Source of the DNA: Bugula neritina
Lineage: Eukaryota; Animalia; Bryozoa
Assembly (NCBI GenBank): GCA_964035545.1
Contig: OZ037772.1
Span: 1,302,001 to 1,366,000, forward strand
Direction: 5' to 3'
Length of the DNA stretch: 64,000 bases
Below, in pieces: positions 26,461 through 40,500 of the stretch; position 1 is the first letter of the stretch; the number at the start of each line of letters is the position of its first letter. A program made the translations under genes and the position numbers. Under the pieces are notes generated by a model. The model was not told where the DNA came from. It was given only the letters and a program-made list of their open reading frames with translations, and did no database searches.

Positions 26461-29400
26461 CCAGTGGTCTAGATGGACTAAACCTACTACGAACCTATAA
26501 CTACCCTGTGTCATGTTGACATGACGTCTCTATTCTCTCTTATAATATGACCTTTATCTAGAGAGCAGATTTCTAGTAAGCTATTCTATAGTGGCCAGCC
26601 ACACTGTTTATTGTAGCAACATAGAAATCAAGTTGAAAACTAGTTGCACCTGTTGTGATGCTATCAATGGGTGCTTACAGGTAGAGACGGAGTACCTGGA
26701 CCTGTTGAGATCGGATATCAGGGTAAACAAGAAGATCAAGGTCCTGCAGCTAAGAATGAGGAGTTACTCACTCTTGTTTGTGTATTTCTGTTCTTTTCAG
26801 GTATTCTATAATATGCTGGGGTTTCCCTCACAGCTAGTCTGCACTAAGGCAGGGAGTAGGCTAAGTAATCATATTGAATCCCAGCAGTGATTGTTACTTC
26901 AACTGACAGGATTACTATGCTGTATGATAGTTACTCTGACTGGTTTTCATGGATCATTTTTACCATACTGTTTACCACATGATGCATTGTCTGAGTAAAA
27001 ACAAGGAAACAAAGAAATATACCAGAAATGTTGAGAAATTTTGTGTTCCAGAATTAATAAATGACCACTTGTAGTGCATACTGGTGCTGCTTGGTTCATA
27101 GGACCTGTCGCACAAGCTGGAGAACCCGGTCTGGATGGCAGAAATGGAAAGACAGGAGAAACTGCACGAACTGGTATGCCTGGTCCAACCGCCTCAAGGG
27201 GGGTCACTGGAGAACCCGGATCTGATGGAAGGTATTTTTTGTGTTTCACTTCGCCTTATTCAGCTTCTTGGAACTTTTTCCCTGATTTGGTTTTTTATAA
27301 TTTGTTATCAATTTTATCAGAAACGGTTTACCTGGAGTACTGGGTGCTGATGGTAAACATGGGGAGCAGGGCGTTCGAAGATCTCTTGGCTCCATGGGTC
27401 CAGTGGGAATCCCCAGTAACCAGGGACCTGGAGGTGCTCAAGGAGACAAGGGTGATAAGGTAAGAACATTCTTTATTCAGTTTTCTTTTTATTTCAGTTC
27501 TCTGGTTTTCCACTAGTCAATCCTTTAGTTGTTCATTTGTTTTAGTTTATTTTGTTAATACTAGAGTTGCTTCAGTGACATCACTCCATGTAATATATTA
27601 CATAACAGTACAGTATAATACACCATAATATAATATGTTATACAATATAATAATATTACAGAAAATATAATTCAATAATATCTCACAGCTAAGTTGTGTC
27701 TCCTAAATATATTCATTACTATAGGGGCCAGCTGGGCCACAGGGTGTTTTTGGACCAACTGGATTGTCTGGACCAGCGAGTCCACGTGGGCCAACTGGTC
27801 CTCAGGAACCCCAGGGAGCTAAGGGAGTTGCTTGCGAAATGGACCTAAAGGTATGAATTAACTTGAACCAATCGTTGTCCTTAGTTATTGGCCATCAACA
27901 GAATCATGGCTCTAAGAGTTATCCTTCTTGGTAAGAAGGTAAGGCAATTCCTAAGTCATGATAATATGAATATCATCTGCTGTTGTAAGACCCACTGGTT
28001 TCCAGAGGCCTCAGGGATTCCTCGGAGCTCCTGGTGTTGATGGTTAAAGGGGAGATGTTGGATCAGTTGGCATTGCTGGACCACCCGGGCTACGGGGTGC
28101 TGATGGCAAACAAGGAATAACTGGTTCTTCTGGTGCTATGGGGCCACCTGGACCTGATGGTGCTAAGGTAAACACTTACACTGCTAACAGGTTATTGTTA
28201 TTCATCTTGTTAGTTTAGTGGTAATAAACCAATAGTCTGTATTTCTAGGGTGAACAAGGGAGAGATGGGGAAATGGGTAGTCCTGGCAGACCTGGACTTC
28301 CTGGACCACCTGGTGAAGCTCCAGTATTTGGTTAGTTATTAGCAAAACCAAGTTATTGTTCATCACTTGTATCTTTTTCATTCTCTTTCAACTGTGTATT
28401 GGTAATATTTTGGGAATTTCATCCATAGCTTGTGATTGAAGCTTTTTATTTTATTCTACCATGGGTTATGTTAGGTGCGCCCCCTATGATGATGAGTGCA
28501 ATGATGTCCAACAGTAAAGGTGTACAAGCTGATGATGCAGGCGCCAACAATGAGCTCTATAATATGTACCTCAGTGAGTAATGGCCATGATGTGCTTTGA
28601 TGTTGCCCGATTTGTAGTGGAAAGGCTCTTTTAAATGCTGTTTTGGAACTCAAATGACAGACTCGTTTCAAATTGTTTATGTTTTTGCAGACAAACATTT
28701 TTATAATTAACTGCTAGAAACTATTGTAATAAAAATAGAGACAGCTGTTATAATGTGTTTCTCCTCCTAGCATTGATGATTGACATTCTTGTTTGATGAG
28801 TCACCTATTTAGTTCGTTTCTCCAGTTAAATGTTGCTACATTCTGACATATTATATAATGTTGATTTTATTGCTGTTAGCTTACATCACTACTTCCACCT
28901 TATTTCTCTAGAAACAAAAGTAAGGGATGGGTCCAAAGACAGCCCTGTTAGAGACTGTAGAGAACTCTTCACTGAAAACCCAGAGTTCAAGAGTGGAACT
29001 TAATGGGTGAGAGAAGATGCTGATATGTTTCTATTTTCTCTGCTCAGAGGAAATCTGCATCCAAGTCTAATGACTGAAATTTTGTGAACATGTTTTACAT
29101 TCTACAATTACTACTCCTGAGATGTCAATATAATGTCATGTGAAGTTTCTACAGATATTTAATGAATTGTTGTTTAGGAAAAAGAGTTTTCCCATGAGTT
29201 GCCTGTATTATATAATTCTGTATATTCAACAGCTGAACATGTTTTAGTAGTTTTATTTGATATTAGCATTATGTTAGTGTGAAATAGAGAAGTTGTATTA
29301 TTTATCGTTTGTTGTCAGGTGGATGCAGATGGTGGCTCCATAGCTAATGCTATCCAGGCTTACTGTCGCAAGGAAATGAAGAGCACTTGCATCAATGCCA

Positions 29401-30073
29401 AGACCTCTGAGTTTGCCACCAAATCGTACGTCACCCAGCAGCTAGATAATCAGCCATTCGTTGCTAAACACATGGAAACAGCACTCGTGAGTGTTTAACT
29501 TGTATCAGCCATGACTTTCTCTGTATTATTTTAAAATATCTAAAAGTTTTTTTGTTGAGCATTTTCGCTATTGTAACATATTTGTTTATTGTATAAGGAT
29601 GTTGATAAGTGTTGCTATAGTAACATGTGGGTTTCCTGTATGGATGTTGATAAGTGTTGCTATAGTAACTTGTTGGTTTCCTGTATGGATTGTAGTTTGA
29701 GTATCAGGCAGAGTTTTCCCAATTCTCAGCTTCCTTCGAATTCACTCTGAGAGAGCAAACCCTGACTTACAGGTAATAGTCACTGCTAGCAGCTTATCAA
29801 ATAGTCACTAGTCGCTAGTCACCAGATATTAGTCCTCTACTATGTTGCTAGTCACTTGATAATCTGAACAATCACAGGCTTCTTCTTAAGCTGAGCGAGT
29901 TGTTGGTATGACTATTCCCTTTGCCGATTGTAGATGTATAAACTCAGTAGCAGTAGAAGACGCATTCGGTAGGAATAATAAGTCAGTCATTTTATATACA
30001 GCTGGTGATAAAGAATACACAGCAACATTTAGCAGCTTCCAATCTTCCGTGCTGCAGAATGATTGCAAGGTAT

Positions 30074-30260
30074 GTAAATCCGACCTATATAGCGTAAATC
30101 AGACCTATATACTGTAAATCTGACCTATATACTGTGAATCTGACCTATATACTGTAAATCTGACGTATATAATGTAAATCTGACCTATATAGTGTAAATT
30201 TGATTTATATAGTGTAAATCTGACCTATATAGTGTGAATCTAATCTATATAGTGTAAATT
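30074..30260. repeat. 20-bp minisatellite, ~9 copies, immediately after a splice donor
   Basis: Unit tgtaaatctgacctatata(c/g). Confidence 0.92.
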
Positions 30261-31287
30261 CTATCTACATATGAACATGATTGCGATAGTTGCATCTTTT
30301 TTTCTATTAAGATGCAATATAGCTTGCCTTTGAGGCTTTTTAACAACTACTTATGAGTTCAACCCAAAAGCCACTTTGATTTCTGTGCAAGTTTAGAATT
30401 TTGAGTTTGCCCTCTGCCATTTTGTAGTATTCCAAATACCATCAGAAGCTCTGACAGTGATTGAGATTGACACCAAGACCCCCACCCACTTGCCTATTAT
30501 TGACATAGCTCCTGGTGACATCGGGACCACCCACAAAGAGTTTGGGGTTCAGCTTGGAGAAGTCTGCTTTTCATAGACTCATACCTAACAACAGTTTTAT
30601 TTGTCTGATTTGTAAGACTGTCCCTGATTAGATAATTAGTGGCCAATCAGAGAATGCAATCAATGTTTGGTTGGCTGAGACCAGCAGTCTGATTTTTATA
30701 TAACCTAATTTTTAAATGAAAGATTTGATTACTCTAAATAAATTTATCCGAGACTTCCAAGGCAGTGACGGTGATTTTTGTACATATAAATTTGAAGAAG
30801 TTTAGCTATAGGGTTTATGCTGTTTTTTAATTATTCCACCATAACCTGAGATTGTGAGTAGTGATTCTAGAATGAGATAGGGAGGGTGTTATGCCCCTCC
30901 CTATGATTTTATATATTTAGAAACTGTTGTTTGTTTAGTAATTCTGTTGGTGCTACATTTTTGAATTAATTTAATCCAATCATTTCTCTAATATTGCAAA
31001 ATATATTTTACCATACAGCACTACACAACTTATTTCTCAGCTTGTAAATTTCATCATCAAAATTATTATAGTACTAAAGTTGGTCACAGATTTCTGATAA
31101 GCTGCAGTTTTCAGATCTGATTATTTAACCTATTCATCCTGAAATGAGACATTGTTAGTTTAAAATGGAATTTTACATATATTTTAGTTACTTAGTTCCA
31201 ACTGTGTGGACCATATCAACATGTTAAATTTTACTTTGGCTGCTATGAAGTATATAAGCAAATGGCATTAAGTTATTAATATATAAT

Positions 31288-31622
31288 AAGGTTTGCAAAG
31301 ACTTAATATACCAAGCAACTGTGACAAGACATGACAATAACTCCAGCCAATCATACATAGGACTCTGTTCAACTACCTTCAAAGCCAGACTCAACAACCA
31401 TAAAGCCTCTTTCCTACATGCAGATAAAGCCAACAGCACACAACTCAGCAGACACATCCGGGATTTAGAACAAAAATAACACGAAATTCAGCCTAAAATG
31501 GATCATTTTAAAATTTTGTAAATCTTACTAAAACCTAATCAACAGATGTAACTTATGTAGCTATGAGAAATAATTAATTTTTAAACAACCGGAGTTATCC
31601 ACTCTCAACAAACGCAAAGAGT
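31288..31622 (+). mobile_element. Penelope-like retroelement fragment (GIY-YIG endonuclease C-terminal region)
   Basis: Plus-strand translation LIYQATVTRHDNNSSQSYIGLCSTTFKARLNNHKASFLHADKANSTQLSRHIRDL.../KWIILKFCKSY*NLINRCNLCSYEK*LI..LNKRKE contains the IY-YIG-R-H-E GIY-YIG pattern; it has stops and a frameshift. Confidence 0.85.
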
Positions 31623-31824
31623 GAAGTGTGAAAATTCCATGCTAGTGACCTGCCACACACAGTGCGTGTGTTGCGAGTGCAAAATATTATTAGCAAATGA
31701 TGTTAGCTTTAAACTTTACTGCTCGCCTACAGATGTTTGTTTTTAAACAGCGTCACCGGGCAAAGTAATTTGGATATTATAAAAGCGGAAATGTAAAATA
31801 TATAAAACTGTTTTAATTCAGCTC

Positions 31825-33152
31825 AGTATATTACGTTATACAGTATATTATGTTATACAGTATACTATGTTATACAGTATATTATGTTATACAGTATATT
31901 ATGTTATACAGTATACTATGTTATGCAGTATATTATGTTATACAGTATACTATGTTATACAGTATATTATGTTATACAGTATACTATGTTATACAGTATA
32001 TTATGTTATACAGTATATTATGTTATACAGTATACTATGTTATACAGTATATTATGTTATACAGTATATTATGTTATACAGTATACTATGTTATACAGTA
32101 TACTATGTTATACAGTATATTATGTTATACAGTATATTATGTTATACAGTATATTATGTTATACAGTATACTATGTTATACAGTATATTATGTTATACAG
32201 TATATTATGTTATACAGTATACTATGTTATACAGTATATTATGTTATATAGTATACTATGTTATACAGTATATTATGTTATACATTATATTATGTTATAC
32301 AGTATATTATGTTATACAGTATATTATGTTATACAGTATACTATGTTATACAGTATACTATGTTATACAGTATATTATGTTATACAGTATTTTATGTTAT
32401 ACAGTATACTATGTTATGCAGTATATTATGTTATACAGTATATTATGTTATACAGTATACTATGATATACAGTATACTATGTTACACAGTATATTATGTT
32501 ACACAGTATATTATGTTATGCAGTATACTAAGTTATACAGCATATTATGTTATACAGTATATTATGTTATACAGTATATTATGTTATACAGTATACTATG
32601 TTATGCAGTATATTATGTTATACAGTATATTATGTTATACAGTAAACTATGTTATACAGTGTACTATGTTATACAGTATACTATGTTATACAGTATACTA
32701 TGTTATACAGTATATTATGTTATACAGTATACTATGTTATACAGTATATTATGTTATACAATATAGTATGTCATACAGTATACTATGTTATACAGTATAC
32801 TATGTTATACATTATATTATGTTATACAGTATATTATGTTATACAGTATATATACTATGTTATACAGTATATTATGTTATACAGTATATTATGTTATAAA
32901 GTATATTATGTTATACAGTATACTATGTTATACAGTATATTATGTTATACAGTATATTATGTTATACAGTATACTATGTTATACAGTATATTATGTTATA
33001 CAGTATTTTATGTTATACAGTATACTATGTTATACAGTATATTATGTTATACAGTATTTTATGTTATACAGTATACTATGTTATACAGTATACTATGTTA
33101 TACAGTATACTATGTTATACAGTATATTATGTTATACAGTATATTATGTTAT
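31825..33152. repeat. 17-bp minisatellite, ~78 copies
   Basis: Unit tatgttatacagtata(c/t); explains all seven MLYSILCYTVYYVIQY ORFs. Confidence 0.97.
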
Positions 33153-33249
33153 ATTAATCAACATACAAATGATATGCTCTTGTCAGTCTATTATTATACA
33201 CTGGAACTGGGTTACTCTCTCACCTCCCCTCACCTTAGCTCAGCTAGAC

Positions 33250-34200
33250 CAGTGCTTCCCAAGTGATGAATTTGGGCTTTTTTAGGGAAGATTTTTTTTT
33301 CTAAAAATTTCTAAGTTTGTTACCAGCCCTTTGAGCTCTTGCCTTGTTTTCAATATTACATGTGCTGCATATGTATAACTATAACTCCTTCATTTTATGT
33401 AGTTCATTTATTTATCTACACTACACTCTACAATCTAAGTTTACTTCTACATTCATGTGTCTAATATTCACTCTACTCTAGCTGCTACCCCTCCTACTAC
33501 GAATGAAGGTTCAGAAGTTTGAATTGGAAGCAAAACCAACAGGAAGTTTAAGCAGCAATGCAAGCTCATTTCTATAAACTATACACACTGCATACATATA
33601 GTGGATATATTTCCTGTGTTCCAGTACAATCATCACATCATCACTCTTCATTATAGCTGCATCAATCCTTTCAAAGCTGAACTCAAGTTGTGACCTTGAC
33701 ATAATTCTATGATACAACTATCCTCACACTCAATAAGTTATTAGAAAAAGAACCTGTTCCAGAGATATCTTTCAAAAAGCATTTCTGCGAATATCCTTAA
33801 ACTTTTAACGTTATTTCAACAGTATTTCTCTGAGCTACCTTCATAAGAGAGTTACATGAGAGTGTCATCGAGCTGGTTTACAGTGAAGGATGATTTGCTG
33901 AATTCTGTGTTTCCACAAGCAAACTCTACCCACCCATTGCTGACAATTTACACCATAACAGTTTCAGCACCACGTTTTTATATAAGGTAGGATGGGCTTA
34001 ATATATTATGCTAATGGTTAGGAATCAGCAAAAAAACTGCCTTGACCTGCAAAGTGGCCTACAATGTGCAACTTGTCAAAAACCAAGTCAAACTTAAGCA
34101 AGCTGACACAATGTCATCAGCTGCAGCCATCATATTAATAATTGAACTGCTCTGCGCTTTTTACATGCACAATATAATAATGATAAAGAGACAAAGATTT
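33250..34200 (-). mobile_element. Copy of the hAT MITE family also present at 37832-38342 and 40590-41233 (inverted, longer)
   Basis: 33370-33505 is the reverse complement of 40965-41100; 34098-34155 is the reverse complement of 38023-38080; begins cagtg. Confidence 0.7.
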
Positions 34201-35919
34201 TGTAAGGATTTTGTTACTAAAGGGGATATTGACATTATGGGTATATTTGTAATTTGAAAATATACATTCTAAATTAGCTCAATTGAAAAATATGTACACT
34301 TGGTGCCCTGTATAATTTTTCAAAATTCAACTTAAGAGTTGTCTGTCTTCGACACTACAATATAGCGCTCCGCTCACTGAACGCAACATTTCTTTCACAT
34401 GATTATTATAGAGCCGACCTTTGTAGTTGAGTGACGTGTTATAATCCTTCTGCGCGTAGAACTTCCTCGTTATTTTGGTTTTATTGTGCCTCATCTTAGT
34501 TACTAGTTACTAAGTGCCTGACCAGTTTAGTGACTGACACTATTGACTCACGTGAGGTGAGAACATTTTGAGTCATCTTATCATTTCTCAAATTGATCAG
34601 GTACTTTAATACTTACAGTTAGATTTACTATTACTATTACAGTATTAGTATTTAGTATTTAGTATTTTAGATTTATTTTTACTTTTAGTTTTAGTTTTAC
34701 TTTTACTTTTAGCATTTAAGTTTAAGTGTAAGTCTAGGGTTATAAGTATAACTTATATAGTATATAATATAAGATTAAGTTAAAGGCTAAGGAATATAAA
34801 TTATAAGTTATATAAATTAAAATACTTGTACTTATACTTATAGTTATAATATTAATTAAATAATATTAATTGTTTCTCTTTGAGTCTTTAACTTGAAATT
34901 TACAATAGTAATACCATAGCCCATAGTCATATGATTATGATCGATAATTAATTAATTATAATCATAATGATTAATCAAATAATATAAATATGATTGTATT
35001 AATTATTTATTGATATTAAATTATTTATTATTATAATAAATTTAATCGACTTCAAGCTTAGGTTCAAGTTTTAATAGTAATACTGAAAAATTGATCTACT
35101 AGTAGTAGTAGTAGTACTAGTACTTGTAGTGCGATTACAGATTACTATTACTTAGTATTAGTCTATTAGTATTACATGTACTATTAGATTACTATTAGGA
35201 TTGCTATTCGATTTAGTGTTGGTATAACTATAAGAATTGAGAGTAAGTATTTCACTTTCACACTATTTTATTAATATTTGCATTAACTTTGAGTATTACT
35301 ATTAGTAATCACAATTAGTATTGATATTACATTTGCTATTACTACTACTATTACTATTAGTGTTGTTGTATGAGTAATTACTAATTAGTATTAGTATTTT
35401 TTACTCATTCCATTACATTTACTATAAGTATAACTATAAAGTGTAAGTTACTATTACTGCTCTACTATAAATATTAGTATTAGATTTAGTGTTGCAGTTG
35501 GTCTTACTGCCAGGTCCGCTACCATCATTAGATTTATTTCTAATGATAGTCTTGGTGATTATCACCCAATATTATCATTATCAGCATGAGCATAGCTTGA
35601 CTTTGTTAAGTCAACATTTAACAAGTTATACTTGTAATAATTTTATTATAACCAGTGAATCACTTACCTTTACTTTGTGAATTTATGATTGTAAAACTGA
35701 AAAATATTATCATAATTATAATTGCAAATTTTTGAATTAATGTTACACTTACTCAATTTGAATGTCAGGATATCTTACCACTGGCACTAGCCAGTTTTCA
35801 ATCACAATGCATAGTGATCACTGCATGTGACACATTGTCATACCCTGCACATTCCAATGCACTGCCCTTCTCTATTCATTGCGAATAGCATATTTATTTG
35901 GCTTATATTATTTTACTCA

Positions 35920-36207
35920 GCCTAGGGCCACACGGTGCGTATTTTCGCATGCGAAAATTGAAATCACAAGTAGCAAAGGCGTCCACTGTAGCATCAGTGA
36001 TGCGTGATAAATAAAGCTTTCTTTTTTAAATCGCACTCGCTTGCAATAAAACGCAATTTACTAGAATGTAGCACTAAAATAAAGAAATTGGGCTCGCTGA
36101 ATAACTACCAGCCAATTAGGTGACCACGACAGAGACGATTCGCACTTGCGCACAGTGGACACCTTTGCTACTTGTGATTTCAATTTTCGCACCGTGTGGC
36201 CCTAGGC
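35920..36207. mobile_element. PIF/Harbinger-type MITE
   Basis: TIR gcctagggccacacggtgcg / cgcaccgtgtggccctaggc extending ~60 bp; 3-bp TSD tca on both sides. Confidence 0.8.
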
Positions 36208-37342
36208 TCAGTGTTGATTATACAACTAACATGTACTGCACTGCTCTAATTTATGTAGCAACACTTGGTAGTTGCTGCTATCTTTACTTCTAAATTTGTG
36301 TCATTTAAAAACTAACATATTTGCATAATAGGTATTAAAATTTAAGTTACATAATTGGAATTTGACTACTCTATAAATTACTGAGAATATAAGGTTAACC
36401 ACATTTATATGATGTACCATTGTTGTAGACATAAAATATGAGGTTAGTGTTAATAAATCATTTGCTAGGTAAGAGTGTAAAATAAATAATTGGCTAGAGA
36501 TGAGTGTAGAAGCTGCCAACTCGTGAAATAGCTACACCTGACCTAGAAGAAGCACAAACTTGTTAAATTAGTATGTTTCACACCACCATAGTTTCTATTA
36601 GATGATTTGAATAGCAAAGGTGGTGGAAGGGTGAATCTAAGTAACATATTAACCAATGCATCACCAATATTGCAGAGATGTTAAAATAAGTTTTTTAATT
36701 TAGATTATTAAGATAACAAATAATTTTTAACACCCAGCACAAAATATTTCATGAAACTATGTTTTCTCCCACTGCTAAGTTTCCCCCTGTTTTGTGTCTT
36801 AGCCTGAGCCCACGCTATGTATCTAGCCCAAAAATGGACTGGTAACATTGTAAAAATGGCTGATATTTTACTTTATGGCAAAGTCTGTATGCAGATAAGC
36901 AGCTGAGCCCAATTGTGCTGTTTGTTCATAAAAGTAATACATAACTCACTGGTATTCATGTTTCACTTCTCCTCTATATATTGGAAACACTTGAATAGTG
37001 GTGTTCAATAGAATTAGAATAAAAGTGTTCACTGAAGCACACAACATTGCTTCATATTTACTGTATATGGAGTTTGAGTCAACAGCAAAAACCTATTCAG
37101 TGATTACAATGGAAACAATACAGCCTTTGTTAGAGAGTTAAAGCTGTGAGCTCAGCATGTTGTAGCTGGCTATCATGTATACCAGTTTTATTAACTGCCT
37201 TTGTTTAACATTATTTTTCACTTTATTTTGTATGGTTTGTTGTTAATGGTTAAGTCTTTGATTTGGAAACCTTCAAATAGTGTGAAATATTATGCTAAGA
37301 GTATGTGTATCTTTCACAGCACTTCCTTATTATATAACCAAG

Positions 37343-37524
37343 ATGGCAGAATCCAGAGTTGTGAAAAAGAGACTAAACAATTCGTATCGCTGTGGGTACT
37401 GCTCGCAGTACTTCAACAAACTTGAAGATCCCAGAACTCTGCCCTGTCTGCATGTGTACTGCATGAGATGTTTGAAGACTGACATCGGTGGTAGGAAGGA
37501 TCATATCAGATGTGCTTATTGTAG
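37343..37524 (+). CDS. TRIM-like gene coding exon 1 (RING finger)
   Basis: MAESRVVKKRLNNSYRCGYCSQYFNKLEDPRTLPCLHVYCMRCLKTDIGGRKDHIRCAYC; donor AG/GTGAGT. Confidence 0.9.
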
Positions 37525-40500
37525 GTGAGTTACAGTACATAACACAATATATCATGTCATAGGCTTGCATATGATTTTCTCACTATCATCTAGGAGTTGT
37601 CTGATCTATGTCTATGAAAAGCAAACAATACTGTATATTCTATGTGAACTCTGGTTACTAACTTGTGGAGTGTGTGGATATCTTTTCATTAGGTAGAGAA
37701 AGTAACTGTTATGTAGATTACACCATCAGCTGTCCTCTCTTGTTGAATTGTGGTGCTGTTGGATGTCATGGGATTGGGGTTGTCTCCTCATTACATTACT
37801 TTGTTCTCATACAGTACAATACTTGTTAGAGCAGTCATTCCTAACCTTTTTCATACCATTCCCACTTTCATACATGTTTACTATTAAGTCCCCTCCCTTT
37901 TGTCAATCGGAAATTTTTATGACGGACATGATGATAATATAAATTACAATGCAATATTTTTTCTCTTACATTTGAATATAATATAATTATTTCTAATAAT
38001 TATATTATGCATGTGTAAAACACAGAGCAGTTCAATTATTAATATTATGGCTGCAGCTGATGACATTGTGTCAGCTTGCTTTCAAACCTCCCATCCCAAC
38101 CCCTAAACCCCAACCCCAATATTGTAATTAAAAATACATTCATGTAGAAGTAGACTGAGATGGCAGAATTGGTTAAATAGATAAGCCAAGATGAATGCTT
38201 ATAGATATACATGTGCATGTAACTTGCAAGAGCTCAAAAGCCTTCAACAAACTGCTTGAAATTTTTTAATCGAAATCCCAGCTCCCCCTAAAAAGCCCAA
38301 ATTCCCTCTTATAGGGGGATTCTCCCAGGTTGGGAACCACTGTGTTGAATTGACTTGTGTTTACTATCTTCTTTCCTGTGATTAGAAACATGTATGATGT
38401 TGTCATGACAACACAGTTGCTGTGGCACAAAGTACAGTTTACTAGTATGTAGTGATTGTGTAGTGAGAGTGGAGTGTCTGGTTATTGTCCATGGTTATGT
38501 GTAATCTGTAAGGAGTAGAATTATATTATTTTAATATAATGTTGAGAGAGGTACTTTTATAATGGCAGTTTGCTCAATAGCTTTAGTTCTAATGCGATAG
38601 ACTCATAGCTCTGGAGTCTAGCAGCTGTTACTATTACCACTAGCTGTTCAAAATTCTGCCAACATCCGGGCTGCCAAAGCATAATAGCCATTGACATTAA
38701 GGCCAAGCAGTCACTGGGAAATTATTTGACTAAAGAGCAGGTCTTATGACAATTAGTAGTCAGTCCCTTAGACAGGAAACAGTGATTCTGTGACCTATTT
38801 AGTTAAATCCAATGCTGAACTTTTGATTGACTATTAGATGGCCATCACAATTGTATTTGGTAGTGAGTTGTACAATATAATATTATGGGGTGCCAATCAG
38901 TGTCTAATATAGTCTGTGAATTGAGTGTCTCCTTTAGCTTTGATGAGTTGATTACTTCTTCTACCATCAGTCAGTTGTATTGAGTGTTACTTTGTATTGA
39001 GTGATGAATAGTGTTAAGGATTTGGGCCTATATTATGCCAAACCCCCCCCCCCCTCTGACTTAGACTGTGACCCAACCTGCTGCACATACATAGTAGTAC
39101 TACACTGAAGATAGTCAACATGTGTATATATCATATACATATATATATATAACATATATATATATACATGCATATATCATCCTACTAGTAATGGATTACT
39201 AAGTACAAGTTATCCTATGACTCACTCTTCTTACGCTAGCTGCACGAGATAGACAACTCACACGTGACACGAACTCACAGTGCACTAGCTCTTGACACAT
39301 TGCCAAGGATGATGAAATGACAGTTTAGGCCACTCCTAGCAGTTAGAGTGGCAGGGAATAGTTGTAGTATGTTGTAGTATTGACTCTTCAGAATTCACCC
39401 CTCAGTAATTAGTTGCATTGCACAAACTTGCAACAATAGTGAATAATTATTGACAATATGGCCTCCACTCAGTAGTTAACTAGTAATTTATCTTGTCATT
39501 TTACTCTACAAGTTACAGTTGAGTCTATTTGTTGAGTAGCAGTTCTTTGTCATGAGTGACTCTTCCAGCATATTAAGTACATAATATAGTCAAGTGTGTT
39601 TATGTGATAGCCTCTGGTCTATAATATAATGAACCTGTGTTGATGGGTGGTGAGTATTTGTTTGAGTATTTGTCAAGGACATAGCTGTGTGTGTGGATGG
39701 AGTATTTCATTACTTGAGATATACTAAACACAGCTAACACAGGTAACATACTGATTGCTATATATTGTAGGAAAGATCACTATGACATCACGGATCCCAC
39801 TACACTACCAGTAGCTCAGCATGGAGACCCCTTAGAATACAAGTCTCCACCCAAACCGGCACCCATTCACTGCGATGTGTGTAAAGGTGGAACACAAGCT
39901 GCTGTGTTTTGTCTTGAGAGTCAAAAGAAATTGTGTCAGCAGCATCAAGAAGTGAGTCTTTCTTATATAATTTCTCAAGATTAGTTACTAAACCAGTTCT
40001 GGTTTGTATGTAGAATATTATTGAAAAGAAATGTTGAGTCTGTAGGACTTTTTATACTAAACACACAGTTTCACAGTGCAGTGAGTCAACTATGACAGAC
40101 TTGTTGGTGAAAATACAACCAACTAAACTGTTGACCTTTATTATACAGACTCACAGAGAGCTGATGGGAGATAGACATCAGTTTATTGACATTGAGGTCT
40201 ACAGAGCTTCTCCCCAAAGATATACTATAACTGAATGTGAACATCATAAACAGGAACAGCTGACAGAAGTGTGTTCCACGTGTCACCAGATATTCTGTAT
40301 GAGATGTGATATGAGGACTGGCTGTAAGGATAAGACAGGTATTTACTTGCTGTTTCTATTTCTGTAGAAAGAAACTGAGAAATATTACAAGAACCTGTTT
40401 ATTATTTTATTATTAAAGTGAGTTATGCAACAGTAAAAGAGGAAGTCAGTTTGTCAGCATTAAGGTTTGTGTGAGACAGAAGTGGATAGTGCAGGAGTTG

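Larger units (their letters stand above)
25606..30576 (+). pseudogene. Fibrillar collagen alpha chain, 5'-truncated unprocessed pseudogene (Gly-X-Y exons, C-telopeptide, COLFI C-propeptide)
   Basis: Gly-X-Y exons at ~25606-25676, 26004-26177, 26681-26755, 27074-27231, 27321-27459, 27725-27850, ~27989-28167, 28249-28330. Telopeptide exon from 28475 with QADDA. COLFI exons 28912-29006 (DGSKDSPVRDCRELF..KSGT*W), 29319-29486, 29696-29772 (LSFLRIHSERA), 29934-30069 (CINSVA..NDCK), 30428-30576 (TVIEIDTKTPTHLPIIDIAPGDIG..EFGVQLGEVCFS*). In-frame TAA at 28045 and 29001, several frameshifts, many Gly replaced by R/D/C/S/E/A. Confidence 0.92.

Noticed and set aside
31850-33285. Seven overlapping long ORFs (up to 299 aa)
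   Set aside because: All are translations of the 17-bp minisatellite, which lacks stops on this strand.
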